Below, piece after piece: positions 13,591 to 24,420 of a stretch of 64,000 nt of DNA. The notes beneath the pieces are model-generated. The model ran no database searches. It worked only from the letters and a program-made list of their open reading frames with translations, and had not been told where the DNA came from. The position numbers and the translations under genes are program-made. Numbering within the stretch: position 1 is the stretch's first letter; every line of letters begins with the position of its first letter. Source of the stretch: Lama glama (taxonomy: Eukaryota); the NCBI GenBank assembly GCA_028534125.1, contig CM052817.1, forward strand, positions 78,928,001 to 78,992,000. Reading direction: 5' to 3'.

Positions 13591-13924
13591 ATAATCTTCA
13601 TTTGAATATTCACAGTGATGCTTCTGTTATGACATCTAGAGCCTTGGAAAGAGTGTTATATTTGATTCTGGAATTTACTATTCTGTTAATTTGCTGTATG
13701 ATATTAGATGAATCTCTTTCTCCTATAAGCACCTGTTTCTTCTTCTGTAAAATAAGGGGGTCAACTAGATGACCCTTATATTACTTTAACCTAAATATTG
13801 CATGATTCTGTTTCTTGTATAGCCCAATATGACTTGATTATTTTTCTCTATTCCTACATGTTTATAAAGGCTGATTTTCAAAACTTTAACATCAATGTAT
13901 ATTAACAATTGACATCTCAAAGCA

Positions 13925-14170
13925 GCAGTAATTAAACATATCGAGTGCTTATGTGTCAAACATTGTTCTTATCAAATATTTAGTATCTCTTAATTCATTT
14001 GATTACCATAAAAACTCCATCAAGGAACTATTATTATCATTCCTACTATATATGTGAAGAAGTGAAGGCACAGACAGGTTAAGAAGCTTGCCCCAAAAGC
14101 ACTCAGGTAAAAAAAGTAACTGGTGAAACCAAGATTCAAGCCAGGCTGTCTTGATTCAGAGCCAGATTTT
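13925..14170 (-). mobile_element. MIR SINE
   Basis: tgaagaagtgaaggcacagacaggttaagaagcttgccc...aagattcaagccaggctgtcttgattcagagcc. Confidence 0.75.
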
Positions 14171-14510
14171 GGTTAAAACAAACTAAAGTATAGAAACAGA
14201 GAATGGTGCTTAACTATAGCCCATAACAATATAGACTTTTATTTGAGAATTTTTTTCTGTTGAGCATTTTTATCTGTTGTTCCCAGCTCTCTTCCTGAAA
14301 AATCAATCTAGTTATGTCCATTACTATTATACATTCATGAGGTTTACTATTTTGTGTAATCTATTTTCAACTTTTAAATATTTGAATATTTTAATATATG
14401 CATACTTAATTCAAGACTCATTCTGTGGGGGTGTGTGCATATATATATCTAAAATGCCAGATTGTGAGATACATTCCAACTTTAAGGATGTTAAAATGTA
14501 TTTTAAGTCC

Positions 14511-14513
14511 ATA

Positions 14514-14546
<33 letters not shown>
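14511..14546. repeat. (TA)n microsatellite
   Basis: Directly visible. Confidence 0.9.
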
Positions 14547-14549
<3 letters not shown>

Positions 14550-15455
14550 CTATACATATGTATAATTACATGGCCTCTAAATCTAAGTGCAAAAAAAGAA
14601 CTAACTAAAGAAGACATTAGTATCTCTAAATTCCTTTCTCCAAACCCTCAAGCAATAATTTAACATGTAACGCAATTTCATTTTACTTATGAGTTTTTCT
14701 ATGCTATAGAAACGTAAAGTGTATTTACTTTGCTTTCAATAAATGGCACTGGTAACACAGAGAAAAACGTCAGCTCTGTCCAATAAAATTTCAAATGATG
14801 TCCAGAATACTCTTCTCCTAGCCTGTACCATTTTCCAATCAAAAGGGATTTTTGAAAATAGAACCATAAGTTTAATAAGATCAGAACATTCTGCCCCACT
14901 CCTACCCTAGACTTACTTATGTATTTTGCTTGCTGCCTCCACTATTTCAGAAATATCTTTTAGCGAACTTACTAACAAATTTCTTTAAATAAATTAAGTA
15001 ACAGGGCAGTGCTATTCATAGAAAAATTATTGTTCATTCATCTATAGAAGGGGAAATTAAACACTCTGGTTCAATAACTGAGATTTTGTTTATCTCTTTG
15101 TAACTACTCTCAATTGCCTGTATGTATTCTTTTAAATTCCAAACAAGGCTACTACCTAGTACTGTCCCAGCCGGTTCTTTCTCTGTGGCTTTAGAAAGGC
15201 CAACTGAATTTAATATTACCCTAAGCAAACAATGAGCAAAGGTAAATACATAATATGCATTCCAAGACCAAATAGAAATTATAGTCTAGTGGACTTTGTG
15301 AAACTTAACAGGACATGCCTGTGTAAAATGTATATCAAACGATTTCTTTGTCTTAATTGCATATTTTAAAACACTGAGGCTTGCACACAAAGACCAGGTT
15401 TGTACCTAACAGAACACCTCTGGGTTTCTGAGTGAAACTCAGTCCAAATGAAGTA

Positions 15456-15557
15456 GCATACTTCATTGAATCTAAAATGCCACGGATTGTGAGATACATT
15501 CCAACTTTAAGGATGTAAAATACATTTTAAGTCCATATTAAATTGGATAAAATATGG
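15456..15557. mobile_element. Short ancient Tigger-family MITE (MamRep434-like)
   Basis: Degenerate TIRs gcatacttcattgaatctaa / ttaaattggataaaatatgg flanked by TA; internal gattgtgagatacattccaactttaaggatgt motif. Confidence 0.6.
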
Positions 15558-16499
15558 TATTTAAGATTTTTTTTTAAATGTGGATCTTTCAGAGGGCTAG
15601 GACAAGTGCCAAACTTACAAGATATTTTTATCAGTTGGAACACTATAGAGTCAACTTCTTGATCTATTAGGAAATTATTCCATGGCTCTCTATACTTAGA
15701 AGAGCTGTACTTTTGGGGGGCCACACTGCTTACTGCTATTATTTTATGGACATCATGAATTAAATAGCTCACATGTCTCTCTTTAAAAAATAAATAAATA
15801 AAAGGCAAGAACCAAGAACCGTGCAGGTGCCCCTGCCTGTTGAACCTTTATTAGTAAATGGGTTCATGCGTTTGGAACTAACTCACTTATGGCCTCCTCT
15901 TCCTTTCAGCCTGAACCCCAATTCATTCCTTATTTTTTCCTTTATGTCTTTGGTAAGTCTTCTTAACTCTTGTTTTGTTACAACATGAGATACAAACACA
16001 TACATACACACATATGCATAATGAGTTGTAAATTGTATGAAGAAGCCTCCAGGTCAGAACATCAGAAAAGAATGGAATAAATACAGACGCCATTATGAAA
16101 ACAGAAACAGATGTTCTCCTTCGTTTCTTACTCTGTCACTTTCTACCTGATTGCTCGCCCCCAACCCCACAACCCAGCACACACATTTTAAAAGAGTAGC
16201 AAAATCCAATTAGAAAATTCTATTCTTTAAGATGATAAGAGATGTTGTAGCAGAATTAACATCATTTCCTCTGGTAACTAGAGAATTAAAAGCAGTTTAA
16301 ATTGCTTAAAATGCTTCACACAGGAGAAACAATTCCTTAAAACACTAAGATTCTCTGAACATAAGAAAGTTTCTTATCACGCAACTTACAGAGCTGTAGA
16401 AATTATTTATTTATAAAGACTCACAAGCTAATCTTTATAGTAAATTTTTTGTTTCATGTTGATCTCAAAAAACTGGGGAATCAAATAGTATAACGTATA

Positions 16500-16720
16500 A
16501 CCAACAATTATCATATCTATAATATAGTAGGTACTTTACGTATATAATTTAATCTTCACATCACACATATAAAATTGTTACTATTTCTCATTTCTCATAT
16601 AAGGAAACAGAAGTCTTGAGCGATTAAGTGAAATGGCCAAGATCACATAGTGAGTGATTCAACAAAATTTCAAGCCCATACTGTTGGACCCAAAATCTAC
16701 ATTCTTTGTTCTTCAGCACA
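16500..16720 (-). mobile_element. MIR SINE
   Basis: tctcatttctcatataaggaaacagaagtcttgagcgattaagtgaaatggccaagatcacatag. Confidence 0.7.
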
Positions 16721-17432
16721 TGGATAGTCAATACAATAATGGTATTATGGCTTCCAGGAGGCATCTCTACTTTATCCTAGTTTTCTTAGGAAATATACAT
16801 TAATGCATAAACTACTAGTTGGCTGGCAGATCTTAGGAGATTCTGTTGATGACATGGTACCCTTACCACTAAGAAAGCTCCGGGGCCAAATTCTCAAGCA
16901 CAACTCAGAAAGGCAAAAGTTCTCAACGATTGTATGAACTGAATTTTGGGAGTTGCCTTCCAGCAATACCCACATGGATTAATGGCAGGAAGGCACAGAA
17001 GAAGGGGGAAAGGTAGGGGAAATTATCAGGAGAGACTGGATACCTTAGATTTTAACACACCTTTGGCTTCTATCCTAAGTGACCCCACATATGATCAGGC
17101 AGGGCAAAGAAAGAGAAATTTAATTCTCCTTAAAACTTTTTAATATGAAATATCTTACATATACACAAAAGAATAAAAATAATATAGCAAATTACTCATG
17201 TTTCTACCTCACAGGTAAAGAAACAGAATGTGACAAAGAGTTTGAGTCCCATTTTATCCTTTACAAAGGCATCACCCTCCATTTGTCCTCAAAAATGACT
17301 CTCCTGAATTTTGTGCTTACCTTCAGTTTCATCAAATAAATAAGCCTTAATAATACATAGTTTACTTTTACATGCTTTTGAATTTTGCATAAAATTTTGT
17401 ATGAAATTCTGTATAAATTTTGTACAGACTCT

Positions 17433-17710
17433 TGCAGTGGGCAACTTCTGACATGGTCCCCATGGTCCCCACCTATTGATAATTCACATCCTTGTGAAAT
17501 CCCTTCCCCATGAAAGTGGATTGAACCTAATGACTTACTTCTAAAGAACACAATACAGCAATAGTGATGGGATGTCACTTCCTTGATAAGGTTATGAAAG
17601 ACTGACTTCCAACTGGCTAATTCCTCTCCTGCTGGCATTTTCTGTTGCCTTCTTGCTTGCTCTACTAAAGCAAGCTGCCACATTATTAGATGCTCTGTAG
17701 AGAGAATCAC
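17433..17710 (+). mobile_element. MaLR LTR 5' part (MLT1E/F-like)
   Basis: gacttacttctaa...gcaatagtgatgggatgtcacttcc...aggttat...gactgacttcc; gcaagctgccac. Confidence 0.7.
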
Positions 17711-17719
17711 TTGAGAGCA

Positions 17720-18235
17720 AAAGCTTAGTGGAGTGTAAAGGTTCTGGATCCTTGAGCCACCAGAATCCAACTCAGTGTCTCCATTCCAATCACTATGTTT
17801 CCTCTCTTTCTGTATCAATGTTCTAACTCTTACATAAAGAGTCCTGACAAGCCAGTGATTCAGCAGCACTCGAGATCAGATTCATGTCTGGTTTTTTTGT
17901 GTGGATTTTTTTTTTTGGATATACCAGTCCTAGAGCTACAAAAGATAAGTTTTTAAGTCAGTCATCGTACCCTGGTCCTCTAACTATCGCATCAGCAAAG
18001 AATTTAAAACTCTTATCCTATCTTCCTATCTTAAGTGCTGTCAGAAGTATCCAGCCCATCTCATAGTTTCGTATTCTTTATTCCTTTTAAAATACAACTG
18101 ACGGCCAGTTGGTTTGCCAAAGTCTTGCATTCCAGGTGGCCACACATAAGAATTAAAGTAAATGTCTGGCATTGTCAGTCATTTTTTCTGGTATCCTATT
18201 TCCAAGGTCATCACTGCTTGCAAGCCCAGTCAGGC
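17720..18235 (-). mobile_element. ERVL/MaLR-type gag remnant
   Basis: Minus-strand VRVRTLIQKE...WNGD..D resembles ERVL gag VKVRALIGKEWDP.TWNGDVWED; upstream gatgggctggatacttctgacagcac resembles GVGWLLLTA. Confidence 0.65.
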
Positions 18236-18244
18236 CAGCTAAGC

Positions 18245-18365
18245 AACCCAGCCATGCTGGCACCCTGATCTCAGACTTCCAGCCTCCAGAACTGTGAGAA
18301 ATAAATATCTGTTGTTTATAAGCCACCTAGTCTACTTTGTTATAACAGCCCACAACTTACTAAGA
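18245..18365 (+). mobile_element. MaLR LTR 3' end (MST/MLT1A-like)
   Basis: tgctggcaccctgatctcagacttccagcctccagaactgtgagaaataaatatctgttgtttataagccacc. Confidence 0.85.
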
Positions 18366-18410
18366 AAGAACAAAATTCTCATTTCTTGAGAATAACATTA
18401 TCCCATATAT

Positions 18411-18689
18411 TAGTGCTTCTCAACTAGTAAGAATCAGTTTCTTTCTGACCTGTATCAGACTGATATCCTTATAAAATACAACAGAAATAAATCTCTAGAG
18501 GAAGAAAAATAAAGACATACAAAATACAAATCAAATGTCTTGTTAGATTCAGCAAATATATAATTACTCTATCAAATTACTACAAAATTTTCTAACCTCT
18601 TAGACTCAATTTCTTATCTCATTGTACACCAGTAACAAACAGCTCAGGAACTGGCACTGGCTCATGGAACATACATTGAATAATACATA
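18411..18689. mobile_element. hAT-Charlie non-autonomous element (Charlie4-like)
   Basis: Degenerate TIR tagtgcttctcaa / ttgaataatac; accagtaacaaacagctc...ctggcactgg motif. Confidence 0.55.
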
Positions 18690-19715
18690 GAAAAAAATTT
18701 AAATCTATGGCAAATTCTTAGAATTAATAGGAGGGTTTAGCAACATAGCAAACTTTAAAATCAGTATACAAAATTAATTACATTCATATATACTGTCAAC
18801 AAAAAGTAACATTATCTACAAATAATATGATAGTTATTAGAGAAAATTTGGAATATTTATTGAAATATATTAAAGGAAAACTAAATAAAGCCAAATTTAT
18901 TGATAGAAATAAAGTGTTTTATTTTAGTGTTAATCTTTTGCCAATTGATTTATAAATTCAAATGGAAAACTGCTCTTTCATTCCAGATGTTGATAATTTG
19001 GGCTTTCCCTTTCTCTCCTGCCTCCTTCCCTCCCTTCCTTCTTCTTTCTCCCTTCATCAATCAGTCTACTAGGGGTTTTTCAATTTTGCTGAACTTTTAA
19101 AGGAACTAGATTTTGGCTTTTTAAGTTTTTACTGTTGCCTGTTTTCTACTTCAGTGATTTCTGCATTTATTATTACTTCTTTCATTTTCACTTCCTCTGG
19201 TTTTACTTTGTTTTTCTTTTCTTGGCTTCTTAAGGTAGAAGCTTAGATCATTGGATTTTAGGTCTTTTTTCATTTCTAACATAAGCATTTAGCAGTATAA
19301 ACTTTCTTCTATGCACTGCTATAGCCATATCCTGTAAGTTTTGATATTTTGTATTTTACTATCTATATTCTTACATTAGTCAAAGTATTTTCCAACTTTC
19401 TTTGATTGCTTCTTTGATTCATAGATTATTTAAAAGTGTATTATTTAACTTCCAAATACTGGGTGGTGTTTCCCAAGGTATTTTAATGTTATTGATAATA
19501 TATGAGTTCAGAATGGTCAGAAAACATTCTGTGTACAATTTCAATTCTTTTAAATTGAGTTTATTGCCTAGAATATAGTCTTTCTTGAATAATGTACCAT
19601 GTGCACTTGAAAAAAATGTTCATTTTACAGTTGACGACTGCAGTGTTTTATAAATGTTATTAAGGTCAAGGTGGCTGATTGTGTGGTTCAGATCCACTGT
19701 CTTCACTGACTTTTT
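18690..19715. mobile_element. Old L1M fragments (sense ~18690-18970; antisense ~18975-19715)
   Basis: ttagaattaataggagggtttagcaa (sense ORF2); gttccatgtgcacttgaaaa-like and gcttagatcattgg antisense motifs. Confidence 0.65.
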
Positions 19716-19716
19716 C

Positions 19717-21640
19717 CCTCTGCAGAGTGGAGCATTTGGTGAACATGCATGTGGTACACAAATGTTCTTTCACACTGAGCCTACTCTGAAAGGTTCATCC
19801 ACATCATACTCCCCCCCCAAATCCCTTTGTTGTTAATCTTCCAACTATATTCTACCAAAGCACAATTCACAGCTCCTGAAATGGTGTGGACTCATGCTTC
19901 TGCACAGCACTCCCTCTAGGCATAACAAATTATCAGATGCACTCCTTGAAGTTCAGCCCAGTGGGAGAGAGGATTTTGCTTTCTCTAGTATTTTTCAGAG
20001 CTACTCCTAACTGGGGCTGTAACATGGCAACAGCTCACTTTTGGATAGTAGGTGGAACCGTATAAAATCTATGCTCAGGTGGTTCCTCTTCAGCCAACTG
20101 ATCATATGGAACTCCACATGAGGCTATAGGGATAGGCTGAGGATGAGACAGAAATATGGAAGTTGGCGCCCTGAGAGTGTGAACAACATGACCATGTGCC
20201 TAACTTACTTTGAGGAAGATATCACAGCTTGCTCTGGACTCCTAGATCCCATCTTGATGGATCTACTTGACGAGAGAGCACTTGCAGGTGCACCAAATCC
20301 AAGGCTTCATGAATAAAATCATTCTTATTTTGTGATGGGCAGTTTAGTTCTCATGGTTATTTGAATATTTGTGATAGGAGGTTCTGGCTTCTCAAAAAGA
20401 AAATCATTCTTTGACTAATAATCCCCAAACCCTAGTCTTCTCTTAGTGCACGCCCAGACCCAGGAAAGCACTGTGAGATGCCACAGACACGCCAAGACCA
20501 TGGGATCCACTACATCATCGAGATCAAACAGCAGCAAGGTCTCCTATAGCAACCTGAAGAGCCTTCTCTTGTTCTAGGTGCCATTTGAATTGGACACCTC
20601 AGTGGTCATGACATAGCTAGTTTAGTAGCACACACAAATGTGTTAGACATTGCTTAAAATAGCCATAGAGAACCAAAAAGCTTTGGACTTCTTTCACAGT
20701 GATAGGAGACTCAGATGCAGTAATTTCTCTGTTACTTTGAGGAAGATACCACAGCTTGCTCTGGACTACTAGATTCTAGAACATTTCCTGATCTGGAAGG
20801 CTGCTAAATTTTCATGAACCTATTCCCATTCTAGCAAGTGTCTTATTGAGACATAGAATAATCTTACTACTTCCCAGTCATCACGTTCAATCAGCACGAT
20901 GTCATCAAGATGTTAGATGAGCATTATGTTCTTTGGGATACTGAGAGAACAAGGCTCTTGCCGACCACATAGTGACTGAGAGTTGAGAACTGACATAAGC
21001 CCTGAAGAAGACTGAAGATATGCTGCTGCCCTTGCCAAGAAAAAGTAAAATACCTCTGGTGTTCTCTAGTTATTAAAATAGAGAAAAAAGAGAAAAATGA
21101 TTCTGCCAGGTTAATAGTTGCCTGTAAGTGTTAAGAGTCATGTTGATTTGTTCTGGTAAGAGATTTCAACTGAAATAGCAGACACCATTGTAGTCACCCC
21201 ATGATTAAGTTTATAATAATCTACTATATTTTTCCAGGATCCAAATTTACTCTGAACGCAAAATGTTTTAATCACCTGACCCACTCAAGTTTTCATGACC
21301 AATGGACCACAGTCATATTCTGGGTTCCCAGTAAGCCCCCAAAAGTTGTAGCTATTTTTCTTTCCCCAGGGTGTAGTTATATCAAACAGTGTCTTCAGGT
21401 CTTTTGGGGAAATGGTAGGAGAAATATTTACATTATATTCTTGGGGTATTATCACAGGATCTTTTTATCCCACTTCTCCTTTATTAAAGGATCCCTGAAT
21501 AGATTAATCACTCAATGAAAGGCCATGACTTTTAAATACTGGTGACTCAAGCAGACTTCTGTTCAACCAAGTGAGTCTAGTGCTTTTAGAATACATCATC
21601 ACATGTACCCTCTGAGTTTCTGCCTGCATACATTGGTAAA

Positions 21641-21686
<46 letters not shown>

Positions 21687-22512
21687 ACTTTTGATTCTAA
21701 AAGTTCTACTCATAGAATATACTCTGTACTTGCCCCCTGAGGCATACTAGACTTAAACTCCAGTTACAGGTCAGCTGGCAATGACAGGTGGCATGGCTGG
21801 GCTATGACATGGAAATGAATCTCATTGTGAGGCAGCTGCCTCAGGTGATGTCCTTAAAGTTCTTCAGGAAATAGAATAATTTAGCCAACAAGAGAGGATG
21901 ATTTGCCTGTGCTCACAAGGGAGACTTGGTGCAGTTGGGCTGGGAAGTTTGAAGCACTCAAGCACATCTGAATGTCCAAAATACCCATCTTCCAATTCTT
22001 AGGCTCCCACATTTTCCCAATTGACGCCTTAACTTTCCCTTAAAAGAACTGATGAATTATGAATTCAACCTACACATTAATTCAACAAGCCCCAAGATTA
22101 GATTCTGTAACTGATTTATGGATATGTTGACTTTATCTAAAAGATGCCTTCAGTGCAACAGTGGAGACTCTCTAGCACTTGAGATCATGTCTTGAATTTA
22201 AAACCTTAGTCTCATCATTTTTCAAGCTCTCTAGTACTGTTAGAAATATATAGCCAACCTATAGTCCTTGTACTCCTCCTTCTTGTCATAGTGGTTCATC
22301 TTAGAAACCATTTAGTCCAACAAAGTTAACTTTTTTCAGTACACACTTCATTCCAGGTGTTCAAGTACATGTTTTGCCACTGTACACTATAGTTTTTGGT
22401 GTTATATCCTCTAGTGCTAGTGGTATCTTTACTGCCTTCAAACACAACCAGATCAGAAAACCAGCTCTATATTCACATTTGAGAGTCTGTGGCCTGTGCC
22501 ATTCTTGGTATT
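19717..22512 (-). mobile_element. Ancient ERVL (class III) internal region: PBS-gag-pro-RT-tether-RNase H, heavily decayed
   Basis: Minus-strand translation gives ERVL-like motifs in order: gag (KVKASIGKMWEPKNW, ~22040), protease region (~21400-21280), RT (GSW..VDYYKLNHGVT, ~21240), tether (FKWHLEQEKALQ, ~20590) and RNaseH (ASCGVPYDQLAEEE; WAELQGVHL; GIWG..MWMNLSE, 20145-19720). Confidence 0.85.
21642..21682. repeat. (TG)20 microsatellite
   Basis: Directly visible perfect repeat. Confidence 0.95.
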
Positions 22513-22514
22513 GA

Positions 22515-23042
22515 TTTTTACGTTGTGAGGGTTCCAACAGAAAGAGTTAAGTTTATGCTGAAATTGAGTAAGCACGAAAGAATTGATTACTGGCTAATAA
22601 ATGCCTTATATAATCATTCAGCTAGCAGAAAAAAACAGACTGTAGGCTCAGCTTCCAGGAATGGAACGTGATAACACAGACCTGAACTAACACAGCAGGA
22701 AACCACTTCGCAAGTACAGCGGCAGGTTTTCCCCCCAGCGGCCAGCTCCAGAACCAGGCCGCCCCTGCACCACAAGGATCCCACATGCCGAGGTGAAAAG
22801 CTGCCCCGTCCAGAAGAACTGTGTGACCTCTGCTAAGAGCCACTGGAAAACAGACCTCTCCACCGTCTTCAGTTCTGAATTGAAGTCTCCTGTGAGACTT
22901 CAGAAACCCATTCCAGAACTCCGACTGCAAGGACATCTGGGAAATAGCAACTGTTTGCTTTCCAAGTTTTGCTAAATAAGAAGGCACCGAAAAGGAAGAT
23001 GAGCAAAAGTTAAACAAACCAATCCATACTATCTGCCCCCAT
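22515..23042 (-). mobile_element. ERVL LTR (LTR67B-like), 5' LTR of the adjacent internal region
   Basis: Antisense LTR67B-like blocks aggctcagcttccaggaatg, gctccagaacca, ccagaactccgactgcaaggacatctgggaaat...gctttcca and ccaatccatactatctgcc; abuts a PBS-like (minus) taccaagaatgg. Confidence 0.7.
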
Positions 23043-23840
23043 ACTTTAAAGATGATTCCTGCCAACCTCTCTTCCTTGCTGAGAAAGCATGGTAAGTACA
23101 TATGTAGTGGAAACTGTGGGGGCGGGGAGAAGGATATGACCAACTTACAAAGTCTTAGAAAGTGCAACTTAGAAAGATGTGCAAATGAAGCAAAGAAGTT
23201 CCCAAATACAGATTTGGAAACTCTGGTTCCAAATCTCAGGGCACAAGTTCAATAAACTAGTCTGGACTACCTGGAGACTGGAGACCTCTATCACCCAAGC
23301 AAAGATCGCTGGCACAGATGAAAATGAACAGGGAGTAAAGCGTGCTTTGTCAATTTTCCCTGCTGACAGCAATGAAGCCTGAGATCTTACATATGCAATG
23401 GTATCACAAGGTGGAAAGTCTACTCTCAAACCAAGAACTAGCAGATGGGAACAAAGACTAAAAGAGAGAGTAATTGATACGTTCATAACCCCACCTATTC
23501 TAGGCCTTCTCAGGCCAAGGTAAGAGGTCAGGCAGGGAGTTGAGGAAGAGAGGAGAAACCCCTTCCTATTTGCCCCGTATTCTTCCAGACTGCAGGACAA
23601 GAAGAGAGTAGCAGCTTTATACCCACACAGGACTTTCTGCCCCTTTGACGTCTCAGCCTTAGGAAGTGTGGCCCCATCAGAGATCCTGAACTTGAGTAAC
23701 TACTCTCCTCTTTGTGGAATGAAACTTATTTCCTTCCCCTGCTTCTGACTTTTTTGTAGAAATGGCAAGAGCAGGGGGTGGAAAAGATCCTTGAGTTCCA
23801 TCAAGTGACGAATGTATCCTTTCAAGAATGAAGCACTAAT

Positions 23841-24067
23841 CTCAAACTCCCAATTTATCCCCCATCCCTTTCCCCTTTGGTAACCATAAGTTTGTTTTCT
23901 GTGTCTGTGTATCACAGGGAACTACATTCAATATCTTAATAACCTATAATGAGAAAGAATATGAAAAAGAATATATATACATATATATATGTAACTGAAT
24001 CACATTGCTATATACCAGAAACTAACACAACATTAAAAATCAACTATAATTAAAAATTTTTTTTTTA
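23841..24067 (+). mobile_element. Short 5'-inverted (twin-primed) L1 3' end with 17-bp TSD
   Basis: TSD aagaatgaagcactaat at 23824-23840 and 24068-24084; antisense 3'UTR piece ~23841-23910 then sense piece ~23911-24060. Confidence 0.9.
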
Positions 24068-24289
24068 AAGAATGAAGCACTAATACAATCTTTGGGTACA
24101 AATGAATGCATATGGGGATGTTTTAAGGCTCAGCCTTAAAAATAGCCTTTAAAGATTGTGCACTAAAGATGTCACAGTCAATACCAATTCTTGCGGGATA
24201 GGGAGGAAAAACACATTCATTGAGAACTGACATATGAAGTGACAGGCTCAGCACTAGGAGGTAAATAACCCTGTTGGGCTCGGGGTTGT

Positions 24290-24420
24290 TATGCCCCATG
24301 TTAGAGAGAGAAATAGAGGCTCAGGAAATTTGCTTTCCTGCCCACTAGACAGACAGTAGCAGAGCCAGGATTCAACCAAACCATGTCTCCAATACCCGTG
24401 TTCTTTCTACTGTAGTACAG
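24290..24420 (-). mobile_element. MIR SINE fragment
   Basis: gagaaatagaggctcagg...agcagagccaggattcaacc. Confidence 0.6.

Noticed and set aside
17261..17869. Longest ORF in the window (202 aa)
   Set aside because: A chance read-through across an ERVL gag remnant and an antisense MLT1 LTR.
22622..23167. 181-aa minus-strand ORF and GC-richer patch as a gene or first exon
   Set aside because: It overlies the LTR67B-like LTR and shows no recognisable domain.
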